From Azolla caroliniana (lineage: Eukaryota; Plantae; Polypodiophyta), in contig JBHGNT010000017.1 of NCBI GenBank assembly GCA_043228905.1, forward strand, positions 18,042,001-18,106,000: 64,000 bases of DNA, read 5' to 3'. A program made the position numbers and the translations under genes. Under the pieces are notes generated by a model. The model ran no database searches, was not told the origin of the DNA, and was given only the letters and a program-made list of their open reading frames with translations. Below, one piece after another: positions 24,694 through 36,171 of this stretch. How positions within the stretch are numbered: position 1 is the stretch's first letter; each line of letters starts with the position of its first letter.

Positions 24694-27600
24694 TCATGCC
24701 CGTAACATACTCCCCCTCTTTAAAACATTGCACTCTTGCAATGGAAAGTTAGGGAAGTTAGTTCTTAGAGTCGTTTCGCGTTCCCATGTGGCATCCTTGA
24801 TTGATTTATCCATCCATTTTATTTTAAATTCTCGGATTTCCCTAGCACGTAATTTTTTTGTTTTAACATCGAGAATTCTTTCTGGTACATGTGGTTTAGA
24901 AGATAAATCTTCAGAAGTAACCAGAGTTTTAGTTGTGACTGTATTGTCGCCAGAACCTAGAAGTTCTTTTAGACGACTTACATGAAAGACTGGATGGATT
25001 CCAACACCATCGGGAAGAGCGAGACGATAGGCTGATGATCCAATGCGTTTGAGGACTGTAAAAGGTCCACAAAACCGTGGGGCTAACTTAGCGCACTTAC
25101 CCGTAGACAATGTCTTAGAATTGTGAGGTACACGTAAAAATACCTTCTGTCCAGGGCTGAATACACGAGGTTGCCTGTGATGATCGGCATAAAAACGCGC
25201 TCTATCTTGAGCTGTTTTTATATTATCCCGTGCAATATGCAACATATCTTGCATATCCCGAAGAAAGTTTTGCGTACTTCGCAACTCATCATGATGTATA
25301 TTAACATCAATCGGGGCTCGTGGCTGAAATCCATACATCAACATAAAAGGACTATATCCCGTCGACGTATGCTTGGAGCTGTTATAAGCAAACTCCAAAA
25401 TTGGGAGGTAACGTTCCCATTTTGTTGGTTTTGCACCAACGTATGCTCGAAGCATGTCCTCAATAATTTGATTTACTCGTTCTGTCTGTCCATCGGATTG
25501 AGGATGATCCGTGGAGCTCATGCTCAACGTAGTTTCTAACTTCTTAAAGACTTGCGTCCAGAAGTCACTAGTAAACTTCGGATCTCGGTCACTCACGATA
25601 TCCATCGGTAACCCGTAAAAACGAAATAAGTCATCAACGAATTGGTAAGCCAATTCAGGAGCTGTTACCGTGGCAATAAATCTGGCCATTTTAGTTAGTC
25701 TGTCAACCACAACCCATATGGCATCATGACCTTTTTGGGTGCGAGGAAGGCTAACAATAAAATCCATGGATATACTTTCCCACTTATTATTGGGAATGTC
25801 CAAGGGATGTAAAAGTCCTTCGGCTTTAAGTCGCTCGGCTTTGTTAACCTGACATTGGTGACATTTAGTCACATAGCTATGTATGTCAGGACGCATCTTA
25901 GGCCAATAAAATTGAGTGGAGATGAGAACGAGTGTACGATGTATTCCAGGGTGCCCTGCTGAGGGTGCATCATGGCATTCAAAAAGAATTCTCTTTTTGA
26001 CCTCAGGTAAATCTGGAACACAAACCTTCCCATTACGGTAGAGCAGACCGTTAGCAATGTGGAAGTATTCCTTCGAGGGTGTGGTGGTGTCTGTTCCAGA
26101 CTCGACTCTTGCCCAGTATTTTGCAAAATAATTGTCATCAGGATACTTTCCTCGAAGGTGATCATAAAGATCTGATGTTATTTCAGTGAAGCTAAGCATG
26201 TTAACTTCACGGATGCGACTTAGTGCATCAGCGACAGTATTCATGGAACCTTTACGATATCGTATGGAAAAATCAAAGTCCTGGATGAGATCAGCCCATC
26301 GTGCCTTACGACCTTTCAGGTCTTGTTGGTCACAAAAATATTTCAAGGACTCGTGGTCCGTAGTTACCACAAAGCGATTTCCATAAAGATAATGGCGCCA
26401 TGTTTTGAGCGCATGTATAACCGCAAATAATTCCTTTTCTTGAACGGTATACCGACATTGAGCAGAATCAAGTTTCTTACTCTCGAATGCTATTGGTTTA
26501 CCATCTTGATACAAGACAGCACCTATAGCATAATCGCTTGCGTCGGTTTCAACCTCAAAAGGTTTTGAAGGATCGGGTAAAAGAAGTGAAGGAGCCTTGC
26601 ATACCAAGTCCTTGAGTTCCTTAAAGGCGAGGTCTAGTGTAGCATTCCACACAATAGGTTTTGTAGACTTACGCGTTTGACCTTTTAGAAGATCAGTAAA
26701 CGGCGTCGTCAATTGTGAGTAATTACGAAGAGATTTTCGCAAAAATCCGACAAAACCAAGGAATGATCGAACTTCTCGAATATTCCGAAGAGTGGGCCAA
26801 AGCTTGATTTTCTCGATGCGAGAAGGATCAATTTCAACTCCTCGTTCGGTTATGAGATGTCCAAGATAAGTAATTGATTTCTTGAAGAACTCACATTTTG
26901 AGATCTTCGCGTAAAATTGTTTGTCACGCAATATTTGTAAAACAAAGCGGACATGTCTAGCATGTTCTTGTAATGTACGGCTATAAACTAAAATATCATC
27001 TAAGAAGATAACGACAAATTTTCCAAGTTGTTCTCGGAAAATGTCATTCATTTCTTGTTGAAATGTAGCCGGAGCATTGGTCAAACCAAAAGGCATAACC
27101 AAAAACTCATAATGGCCGTAGCGCGTACGAAATGCTGTTTTAGGAACATCGTCCTCACTTATTCGTATTTGATGGTAGCCAGTACGGAGATCAAGTTTCG
27201 TAAAATACCGAGCTCCCTGGAGACGGTCAATTAGATCGTCAGCCCGGGGCAATGGGTACGAATTCTTGATTGTCACTTTATTCAAGCGTCGGTAATTAAT
27301 ACACATACGCCATGTGCCCTCTTTCTTTTTAACCAAGAGAACTGGTGCACCCCATGGAGATTTACTATAACGTATATAACCCATTCGTAAATAGTCTTTA
27401 AGTTGCTTAGCTACCTCATCCTCTTCAGATCGACTTAGGCGATACGGAGGTATACTAATGGGTGCAATGCCAGGTACAATATCTATACGATGGTCTATAT
27501 TACGTTTAGGAGGTAAACCATCGGGTACTTCACTCGGAAAAACATCACGAAAATCGTTTACGATTTCATCAAGTTGTTTTTGTTCAAAATATGTTAATTG

Positions 27601-29118
27601 ACCCGAGACATTATCGATATTGTAAACGTGAATGTCCGGATCAAGTACACAATAAAATAACGTAGAACAAGACAACTCGGATATTGATGGACACGAGGAA
27701 ACAATCGAGAGGGATTGTTTTTTTACACATTGAATAAAATGCGTACAATCGTTGAGTACAAAAGAAATGGAATGGCGAACCCAATCAATAAATAAAGAAG
27801 AGCTTTTATTATAAAACCAGGGATAACCCAGTATTACATCGGTGGTACTAAGATTCATTACATGGAAGTCTACTTCCTCTATATAGGTATCAATAGAAAT
27901 TCCTAAAGAATGAATCGCCCCGTTGATGTGTTGTACTCTTCCATCAGCCAAGTGCACCGTGTAGGTGTGATCACTTACGGTGGGTTGGATTCCCCATATC
28001 TGTACCAAACGATCATTCACAAAATTGTGTGAGCTTCCCGAATCAAATAAAAATTGTACGGGAGATCCATTGATATACCCGTTTGCACGTAGTAAATCAT
28101 TGGGACCCAATACATAATGAGGGAAAGAACATTGACAATTACTCAAATGATGTGTATAGACCTGAAGGACATTAGGAATCTGACCTTTATGGTCTGTAGC
28201 TTTAGGTTTGGCGTCGTGCTCTTTTCGTTGGAGCTTACGACATTGCTCTTTTGTATGACCCTTCTTTTTGCAAAATACGCAAAAAGGATGTTGTCGCTTA
28301 TTATCGCGATCCATGAATTCGTTGGGTGTCTTGCGTTTCCCAACGAATTGCGACTGCTTAGTCCCGGGCGCTTCGTTGGGTTTGTTATGGTCCTTCTTCG
28401 AAGTGCGTTGATAGCGAAGAACTATCTCAACGGCCTCTTCGAAGGATTTTGGATCCTTATCGTGCACTATCCAGTGATAGTCCGAATTGGGGATGCCATT
28501 GACAAAACAAGCTATTAACCAATTGTCCCCTTCTAGACCCGATTTTTGGATTTGGGTTCTAGCATGGTGGACATAGTCTTCTAGCGAGGAAAACTTCCTG
28601 CTAGAGAGGTTCATTAAAGCTTGTGCTGCCTCGGTTCGAGAGGGAGGTTGTAGAAATTGACCCTTGAAAACTGTGACAAAGTCTGTCCAGGTCTCGGGCA
28701 ATCTCCCCAAAGTTCGGAGGCCACGCCACCAGGCGGCGGCCTTACCCCCTAGTTCTCGGCCGACATATGCAATCTTCGTACTATCTGGCGTGGGATAGAG
28801 CTCAAAATGAGACTCCCATCGGCCCAGCCACGTGCAGATTGCTTCTTCGGTTCTTTCCTTTTTATCTCCCATAAATGGCTTTACGACAAATGATGGTTCA
28901 CCCTGACGCTCATCAGGTCTATTAATCTCATTTTGGAGACTAATGACTCGTGCCTCGAGAGCACTTTGAGATTGCCGAAATTCGGTCAACTGCTGCGCGG
29001 TTGAACTAAGGAAATGTTGTACTTGTAAAATATACGCCTCAATGGACATTGTCCCAGGAGGATTTCCTTGAGGTCTTTCCGCTTGAGCAGAGGGCATCGG
29101 GTCGTTATTCTGAGCCAT
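24694..29118 (-). CDS. Intact single-ORF Gag-Pol polyprotein (Gag, PR, RT, RH, INT, chromodomain); likely start ATG 29118, ORF open to 29208
   Basis: [14 protein letters not shown]; LFDSGS; [14 protein letters not shown]; [10 protein letters not shown]; ISMDFI/SDRD/TERVN; PERILDVK...FKIKW...ATWE. Confidence 0.95.
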   Translation of the reverse strand: MAQNNDPMPSAQAERPQGNPPGTMSIEAYILQVQHFLSSTAQQLTEFRQSQSALEARVISLQNEINRPDERQGEPSFVVKPFMGDKKERTEEAICTWLGRWESHFELYPTPDSTKIAYVGRELGGKAAAWWRGLRTLGRLPETWTDFVTVFKGQFLQPPSRTEAAQALMNLSSRKFSSLEDYVHHARTQIQKSGLEGDNWLIACFVNGIPNSDYHWIVHDKDPKSFEEAVEIVLRYQRTSKKDHNKPNEAPGTKQSQFVGKRKTPNEFMDRDNKRQHPFCVFCKKKGHTKEQCRKLQRKEHDAKPKATDHKGQIPNVLQVYTHHLSNCQCSFPHYVLGPNDLLRANGYINGSPVQFLFDSGSSHNFVNDRLVQIWGIQPTVSDHTYTVHLADGRVQHINGAIHSLGISIDTYIEEVDFHVMNLSTTDVILGYPWFYNKSSSLFIDWVRHSISFVLNDCTHFIQCVKKQSLSIVSSCPSISELSCSTLFYCVLDPDIHVYNIDNVSGQLTYFEQKQLDEIVNDFRDVFPSEVPDGLPPKRNIDHRIDIVPGIAPISIPPYRLSRSEEDEVAKQLKDYLRMGYIRYSKSPWGAPVLLVKKKEGTWRMCINYRRLNKVTIKNSYPLPRADDLIDRLQGARYFTKLDLRTGYHQIRISEDDVPKTAFRTRYGHYEFLVMPFGLTNAPATFQQEMNDIFREQLGKFVVIFLDDILVYSRTLQEHARHVRFVLQILRDKQFYAKISKCEFFKKSITYLGHLITERGVEIDPSRIEKIKLWPTLRNIREVRSFLGFVGFLRKSLRNYSQLTTPFTDLLKGQTRKSTKPIVWNATLDLAFKELKDLVCKAPSLLLPDPSKPFEVETDASDYAIGAVLYQDGKPIAFESKKLDSAQCRYTVQEKELFAVIHALKTWRHYLYGNRFVVTTDHESLKYFCDQQDLKGRKARWADLIQDFDFSIRYRKGSMNTVADALSRIREVNMLSFTEITSDLYDHLRGKYPDDNYFAKYWARVESGTDTTTPSKEYFHIANGLLYRNGKVCVPDLPEVKKRILFECHDAPSAGHPGIHRTLVLISTQFYWPKMRPDIHSYVTKCHQCQVNKAERLKAEGLLHPLDIPNNKWESISMDFIVSLPRTQKGHDAIWVVVDRLTKMARFIATVTAPELAYQFVDDLFRFYGLPMDIVSDRDPKFTSDFWTQVFKKLETTLSMSSTDHPQSDGQTERVNQIIEDMLRAYVGAKPTKWERYLPILEFAYNSSKHTSTGYSPFMLMYGFQPRAPIDVNIHHDELRSTQNFLRDMQDMLHIARDNIKTAQDRARFYADHHRQPRVFSPGQKVFLRVPHNSKTLSTGKCAKLAPRFCGPFTVLKRIGSSAYRLALPDGVGIHPVFHVSRLKELLGSGDNTVTTKTLVTSEDLSSKPHVPERILDVKTKKLRAREIREFKIKWMDKSIKDATWERETTLRTNFPNFPLQECNVLKRGSMLRA

Positions 29119-30315
29119 TGAATGATTATTTCTGGCAAAGAAATAAGATAAGGTCAGACAAATAGTCATAACATCTTGTCGTGGTGTAAACATATCATGG
29201 GCAAACATTAATCGATATCATGATCTCACGTCAATACCCCTTTAGACGTATGAGATGAGGTTCAAGATCAGGTTACTATGGTAACACAGAGGTGTTTTAA
29301 AAACCATGGGGGTGACAAATGAATGCCTTTCCCTGATCTCTATATCGATTTTTTTCATGGCGGCTCCCCGAGGCTCAACCATGTATGTTCGCGTCATGAA
29401 TAGTTTATACACGAAAAAAATGTTAACAATAACTATGTTTCTGTGCCCACATATGTGGTTTCGGCTCTTTAAGTCCTATTACGAGGACCCCGAAGTGCAC
29501 TTAGACCTAAAGTCTAAACATGTATTATAGTCATATGTATCAACGATGTTGTATGGTGTTGGTCATATTTGAACTCGAGACCTCGAGGACAAATACATTA
29601 AACACTTGAGCCAACCAAGTATATTGCGCGTCTTGAATGTTTAATGTTTGAGGCGTATTCGAGATATGCGAGGCATTTGCCCCTATATGTTTTTGTTTAA
29701 AAGAAACATATAGGTCAAGTGGCCTTATTTCTCCCTCATTTATTACCCACTATGGTTGTACGCTACCTAACCTCAAGCCTCGTAATTACGATGGCATATG
29801 CCAAAGTGTAACCTAATGGTCAAGCCGAATGAGCCCTTGTGTCTTCGTAGGCTCATGTGGCCCATCACATGGTCACGTCATTACGAATGCCACTCGTAAG
29901 AACGAGCTCATGGTGGCATCGTATCCATGTAACGAGGGGAGATGTTGGATACGTGTGTCATTAGAGCGACCCTACTTGATGTGGATCAAGCCCGACGTAT
30001 TCAACATCATTTTGGCTATACGAGGTTCGTTACGTAACGAAATATCAAAGTGACCAACGGGAATTTCAACAATAAAAATTGTTGATAAAAGGGATGGTGA
30101 CAACGCCATTCTCACAAAAATGTGAGGACGGCCACCAAAATCCTCTCCCCAAGTAGGAAAACATTTGATATGAATCACGTAATCTAAAATATACACATAT
30201 GTCAATATATCACATATATACGATCAGAGACGTATATAAGTGACCACATATGCGTATACTAAATGAATCGTTTTTTTTTTATATAGCCAACAATGATGTA
30301 TTCGGGATACGTAAT

Positions 30316-30560
30316 CGAGGCATATACCTCTACGCACACGAAACATCCGAAAATAAGGTTAAGCGTAATTCGCAATTGAGGTATTGACCTCTTACGCATA
30401 GTAAATCCAACGCATATCAATTCGAACGAATCGAGGTATTGACCTCGTACGCGAACGTAACATATGTTCGTGAACGTAATACGCAATTGAGGTAGTAACC
30501 TCGTACGCATACGACACTCATCACATATGATTTATATGTCAAACGAGGTATTGACCTCGT
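30316..30560. repeat. Five repeated short hairpins GAGG(T)-loop-(A)CCTC at 55-61 nt spacing in the element I leader
   Basis: Copies near 30316, 30378, 30432, 30489 and 30543, e.g. ACGAGGT-ATTG-ACCTCGT. Confidence 0.75.
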
Positions 30561-33196
30561 GGACATATATAAACGTTTAAGATAACCAATTAAATACCAC
30601 GTCAACATCATTGAATATATGAAAAAAAAACTACATATTAAGTATACACATGTATAGAAGGGAGAAGAAAAATTAGATAAAAAATTAAGGAAAATTTACC
30701 GAAGTTCTTTCGCTAATCCTTGTCTGCATGAAGGCGACCGCACAACGATCAATCGCCATCCCACGCGAAGACAAAAAGAAAACCAAAAGAAACGTTAGTA
30801 CATAGGCTCTGATACCAAATATTAGAGATTAGGTACTAAAGTAAGCATAAAATAAGGATATATCAATGATAGATCTAGAAAGAATAGAGAGAAAAGAGAG
30901 AAAGAAGGGTGCCGATCCACCCGACCACCCCCGAGCGAAGGGATCGAGACGGACTCGAGCCTCGATCGGCGTCCCATACCACCGCCTTGGCGTCGAGTCG
31001 TACCTGGACAATAGCGCGCTTGCTACAAGAGTCGTTCCACTCACGGACAGAGTCTCGACGTAGTCAATGCATGCCCAAATGAGGGTAGCTAGGCCTCTTA
31101 TTTATAGTAATTCTCAAGGCCCCCAGCCATGTTCACACTTGGCCTCATGGGTTGTCTCAATCCCGAGGATTAAAAGTAATCCTCCCCTTCTTTAGACTCT
31201 TTGTTTAACCCTCACACTTATCCACGTGTATAGAATACTACGACAATTCTCACCACGGGATATTATATGGTCATGCCCGTAACACGAACTATGAGGAGGG
31301 AATGTCGGCACACAGAGGTGCTGAAAGGGAGTATAGGCGCGAAGGATGGTTGCCGGTTAAGGTGATCTCGAACGGAAGGTTGGAGAGGGATCCTCCACAC
31401 CGGTTTCGGAGACTTTGGAAGTTCAAACCGCCGAGGCAATGTAAGAACAAGGAGAAGGAAGGTGGTGGCAAGGGGACGAAGGCAACGGGCAACAACACGG
31501 GATGGCAACCGGGACGACGTGAAGGGCACCGACATGGAGGTCGGGGTGACGGCACGCTCTACTGAGAGAGAGCGCGACGAGCGAGGTAGAAACAAGGAGC
31601 GCATAATGGGGTCACCTAAGGACCGAAGAATGAGTGCGCATTCGGAGGACGACAATGACACATGGGTAGCGCCTACCGGAGGCAAGCGTGGATCAGATGG
31701 AGCCGATGGATCAGGGCCGGTAAGGAGCCAACAAGACGGTCGGGTGTCAGGAAGGCAGAGAACCCAGTTGATCACCGTCGCCGAAATCTCTCACCCTTTT
31801 CTTTCTTGGCACGTATCGGTGGACGTGCAATTTGGTGGGGGGCAGATGTCGTGAAGATTTCCAGCTACGGTGTGAAACTGGGGTGGAAAGGGCAAGTCGG
31901 TGGTGTGCAACATGGGCACATGTATAGTAGTAATATGGTATATAGAATAAGGGGAGAACTTATCCCACATTGTAACATCTCTCCCTCCTTGGGCTATAAA
32001 AGGAAGGGAGGGGTCACTTTGGAAGGGGTTGCCAATTTTGGAGTTAGAAGGGTATACCACTTAGGTCTAGGGTTTGGTAGTGTTCTTCCTCTTCATCTTA
32101 TTCTTGTTCCCTTAGGGTTTCTACTTGGGTCTTTTCACCCTATTTCGTTTAGGGTTCCATTTTGAGCTTTCTTCATCATTGTCTCGTGGGTTTGGTTCAT
32201 TCTTTTGAGTGGAGGTTAGTATTCTGTTTAGGTTTTTCTCCCGGAGAGAGTTCGTGCGAGTTAGGGTATGTTGTTTAGGGTTTCGGTTGCTACCCTCTCT
32301 TCTTCGTGTGAGAGTTTGGTTTGGTTTGAGGGTTCCTACAACAATGGGTTTAGCCATTCTGGTGGCGGTGCTTGGAGGTTCGGTTTCCTCTCCTCGATGG
32401 AGAGCGTTTCGCATGGCGGCCGGTTTGAGAAGGGAGGACGAAGCGGCACGGGAACACTCCATCGTCTTCGGGGCGTGACCAATGATGGACGTCGCGGTCC
32501 CGGCGGCCCATTTGACTCACCTTCACCAGTCCCCTATTCTTATCTTGAGATATTAACCGATTGTTTGTATTAGTCACTGGATTCAGGGCATATAACCATC
32601 TTGTTGTAAAGCTCTTGTAATATATATTCATGTTAGTGTATATCTATCTTCCTTGTAACATATTTGAGTCGGGTCCATATTCGCGTTGAACTGTTTTGTG
32701 AAACCCTACATTCCTTGGAGCCGGAAGCCGATTCCAGACCGCAACCCACAAAGCCTAAGGACTCCACCATTCGTCTCCCTAGTCCAAGACCCCCGCGGTT
32801 CTTCCTAGGATCCTACACGTACTCGCAGAATACCGCGACACCGTGCTCTTGTTCCCGGCACCGCCGTGTGCATCCTTCCGCCGTCCTTGTTCAGCACCGC
32901 CTGTGCCGAACACTGTCCTGTACTCATGCTTTGAATCGGCCCTTAATGGCCACATGCACGTCTCTCGTTCCGCTCCCAGGTGTGCCCTTATTAGCTCACC
33001 GCTCCTTGCTTGCCCTTATTGGCTCCTTCCGAAACTGTAACCGGCCGGTAAGGGTTCCACACTTCGTCAACTTCGGGCTTGCTGATTCCCGTCTCGCCGG
33101 ATCTTGATCCGCTCTTTTGTGTTGCCGGGTCCTGTTTCCTACGGCCACCGTCCTTCTCACTCGGTCTCACGATGTCGTGTCGGCTCGAGCTGCCGG

Positions 33197-33555
33197 TGTC
33201 GCGAAAATAGGAAGAGGACACGTGAACTTGAGGTAGGACCCTAGGGCCTCCGACTAAAGGATATCACATTCGTGCGTTTATATCTTTAACAATTAATGGA
33301 AATAAGAAATTTAATAATTTTCATTAACAAAGGAAAATAAATTACAATATGTCCCAAGATTGGGATTCAAAAGTTTTAGGTTTACTGTGATTAATAGAAA
33401 AGAAAAATTAGGGGTTTTGAGAGATATGGCTTTCGTAAGGAAAATTAGGGTTTTTGAGTGTTATGGCTTCCGTAGGGAAAATTAGAATTAGGTTATACGA
33501 GAGATATCGCTTCTGTAGGGAAAATTAGGGTTTTTGGGCCGGCACGTACGCTACC
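33197..33555 (-). mobile_element. Truncated LTR related to element E, inserted in element D
   Basis: Starts TGTCGCGAAAATA like 34696 and 48819; left flank CCGG; right end fused to copia integrase sequence. Confidence 0.7.
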
Positions 33556-36122
33556 TTCGATTAGATGGAGGCAAAGAATACTTTTCGGATGAGCTCACGG
33601 AGTATCTCTGAAAAGAAGGTATCCGACGAGAATTCTCATGCCATCACACGCCTCAACAAAATGGTGTAGCAGAGCGCAAAAACCGGCAGATTGTTGAAGT
33701 CGCACGGGCCATGATGAATGAGAAGAACCTGCCAAAATCGTACTAGGCAGAAGCAACAAACACGGATGTATACCTCATGAACAGGTGGACAACCTCGGGA
33801 GTGCACGACATAACTCCTCATGAGAAGTTCTTTGGAAAGAAGTCTTCGCATGTCCGCATTTTCGGCTCAATCGCCTATGTGCACATTCCCGACGATACGC
33901 GGCAAAAGCTCAATCCAAAGTCAGAGAAATGTATCCTCGTAGGATACTCGCTCGAACAAAAGGGGTACAAATGCTACAACCCATCTACCCGAAAAGTTCG
34001 AACAAGTCGAGACGTAGTCTTCGACGAATACGCATTCTGGTACACACCAAAGACGATTCCGATTACGGCCCCAACTGACCCTAATTTTGCCGTAATCGAT
34101 ATGGAGGAAGAAGATCATCTCTTGCATATGCACGAAGAAAGCCCAATTACGACACGGATGAGTAGACCACAAGAGCCCTCAAGTGATCAAAGCACATCTC
34201 GGCCAAGTCCAAAGCTAGCCAAAGGGAAGGTGAAAATGCAGGAATACGAAGATCATTTCGAACTTCACAATGAGTTCGAAAACCTTGACATACATATAGA
34301 CGGCATGAAGAAAGCTCTCATATCCACAAACGAAAAGCCGCGCCGCTCCACGCGTGAAAAGAACCCCGTAACCTGCTACGGCTACGACGAATACATGGCG
34401 TATCATTATGCGTTCATGATGAAGGTAGCGTAAGTACGGGAACAGGACACACTGTCCAAAGCCACAAAGGATCCACGATGGATCAACGCGATGAATGAGG
34501 AGATGGAAGCATTATGCAAGAACGAGACATGGGATCTTGTTCCTCTCCCCCCGAACAAGAAAGTGATTGGCTACAGATGGATTTACAAGGGGAAGCAGAA
34601 CATCGATGGCACCATAAATCACTTCAAAGCACGTCTTGTCACAAAAGGATACGCGCAAACCCACAACATAGATTACGAAGAAACGTTTGCCCTGGTGTCG
34701 CGAAAATACGACAAGGATACGTGAACTTGAGGCAGGACCCCGGGGCCTTCGACCAGAGGATATCAAATTCGTATATTTATCTTAAAGAATTAATGCAAAA
34801 TGAGAAAGATTGACAAATTTCACTAACAAAGGAAAAGAAAGATTACAATCAATCCCAATATTGGGATTACAAATAAGTTTGCTAATGGAGATTACTAGAG
34901 TAATAGATTAGAAGAAACTAAGATATGGATTTGATAGAAAATTAGGGTTTTTTTGCTTTGATGAGAAAATTAGGGTTTTTTAGTGATATGACTTTTCTAA
35001 GGAAATTAGGGTTTTCGGGATCCTATGGCTCCGATAAGGAAATTATGTGTTTCGGGATCGTATGGCTTCGATAGGGAAATTATGGTTTACTCGAGAGATA
35101 GATTCCTTCCCGTATGGAAAAAGAATCGAATTATGAGTGATAGATCCCTCCCCTTTACACTTGCATGAAGGAACTTCAATTTGCATCTCCAATTCCCTTG
35201 CATGCGTCCCACGTGGCGTTTTCTTTAGTTGCATGATCTCTACCTTTTCTTTGCATGCCTTCCAACTTTAGTTGCATGCGTCCACATGGCCTTTACTTTA
35301 GTTTCCTTTACTTTACTTTAATTAGCCACATGATCCTGTCATCCGTCTATCTCAATCGCCGCCCATCCAATTCGTCGGGTTTGCGTCCCACCTTGTTCGG
35401 TCGCCGGTTCCGCCCAATCACCGGTTCTGTCCGGTCGCCGGTTTCCGGTTTGATTACCGGCCAATTAGGGATTGATTTCCGGCCAGTTCTGGTTTGATTA
35501 CCAGCAGATTCGGGATTGATTTCCAGCCGGTTCCGGTTTGATTTCCAACCAGTTCCAATTTGATTTCCGGCCGGTTCTAGTTTCATTACCGGTCGGTTCC
35601 ATTTTATTGCCAGCCAATTTTGGGAACTTAGCCATATTCATCCATCTAGACAAAGTGGCCCAAGTGCTCATAGCACAAATGAAAAATGATGGTTCTCAAT
35701 GTGCTTATATAGCCAGAGCCTAAGTTTCCTATCTGGGATAAATCATAGTTCTATTTTCCCTATCTTCTCAAATTTTATGTTCATATAACTTAATATGTAG
35801 TTGTCCATTTTGTGTGTAGTAAAATGCGTTTTGAAGCTCTTGAGTACATCCATCTTTCTATAACAATCCACTAATCTAATCTAAAATACTTATTTCATTA
35901 TTTAATTTTTACATAGTATGAGAAGATTCACACGACATTCACCCACACCAAACCTGCACATCCACCGGTATGTGCCAATTTTGGTGAGGCTCCACTTTTG
36001 ATTACTTTATGTTAAGACTAACGTGTGGAAGCGTTTAGACAAACAAGATTACTGGTAGAAAACATAAAACAGAAAAATAAGGAGTTAAACGCAAGAGATA
36101 CTCTTACGCGGGAGAGAGCGAG

Positions 36123-36171
<49 letters not shown>

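Larger units (their letters stand above)
24243..31284 (-). mobile_element. Element I: young full-length Ty3/gypsy chromovirus inserted in element C
   Basis: 465-bp LTRs 24243-24707 and 30820-31284 (two differences seen); 5-bp TSD CGAAC; tRNA-iMet PBS 30806-30817; PPT next to 24707. Confidence 0.97.
21515..32840 (+). mobile_element. Element C: non-coding LARD-like LTR element of the TGTCG superfamily
   Basis: LTRs 21515-22965 (contains a solo LTR) and 31847-32840; 4-bp TSD CCGT; tRNA-Trp PBS TGGTGAACCCGACGTGA at 22972-22988; GC-rich internal region with no recognisable domain. Confidence 0.9.
18707..33196 (-). mobile_element. Element D: non-coding LARD-like member of the TGTCG superfamily; 3' LTR 18707-20591, internal 20592-21514 and 32841-33196; 5' part missing
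   Basis: LTR and internal sequence are inverted homologues of element C; PPT and hairpin at 20592-20628; left flank GCGA. Confidence 0.75.

Noticed and set aside
30316-30560. CRISPR-like repeat-spacer array
   Set aside because: Eukaryotic retrotransposon leader, degenerate ~14-nt repeats, partly related spacers, no cas genes.
18707-35937. Retrozyme (hammerhead-bearing LTR) identity for the non-coding 4-bp-TSD elements
   Set aside because: No CUGANGA...GAAA core found by eye in the C, D or E LTRs, and the PBS is Trp; an Infernal scan would settle it.
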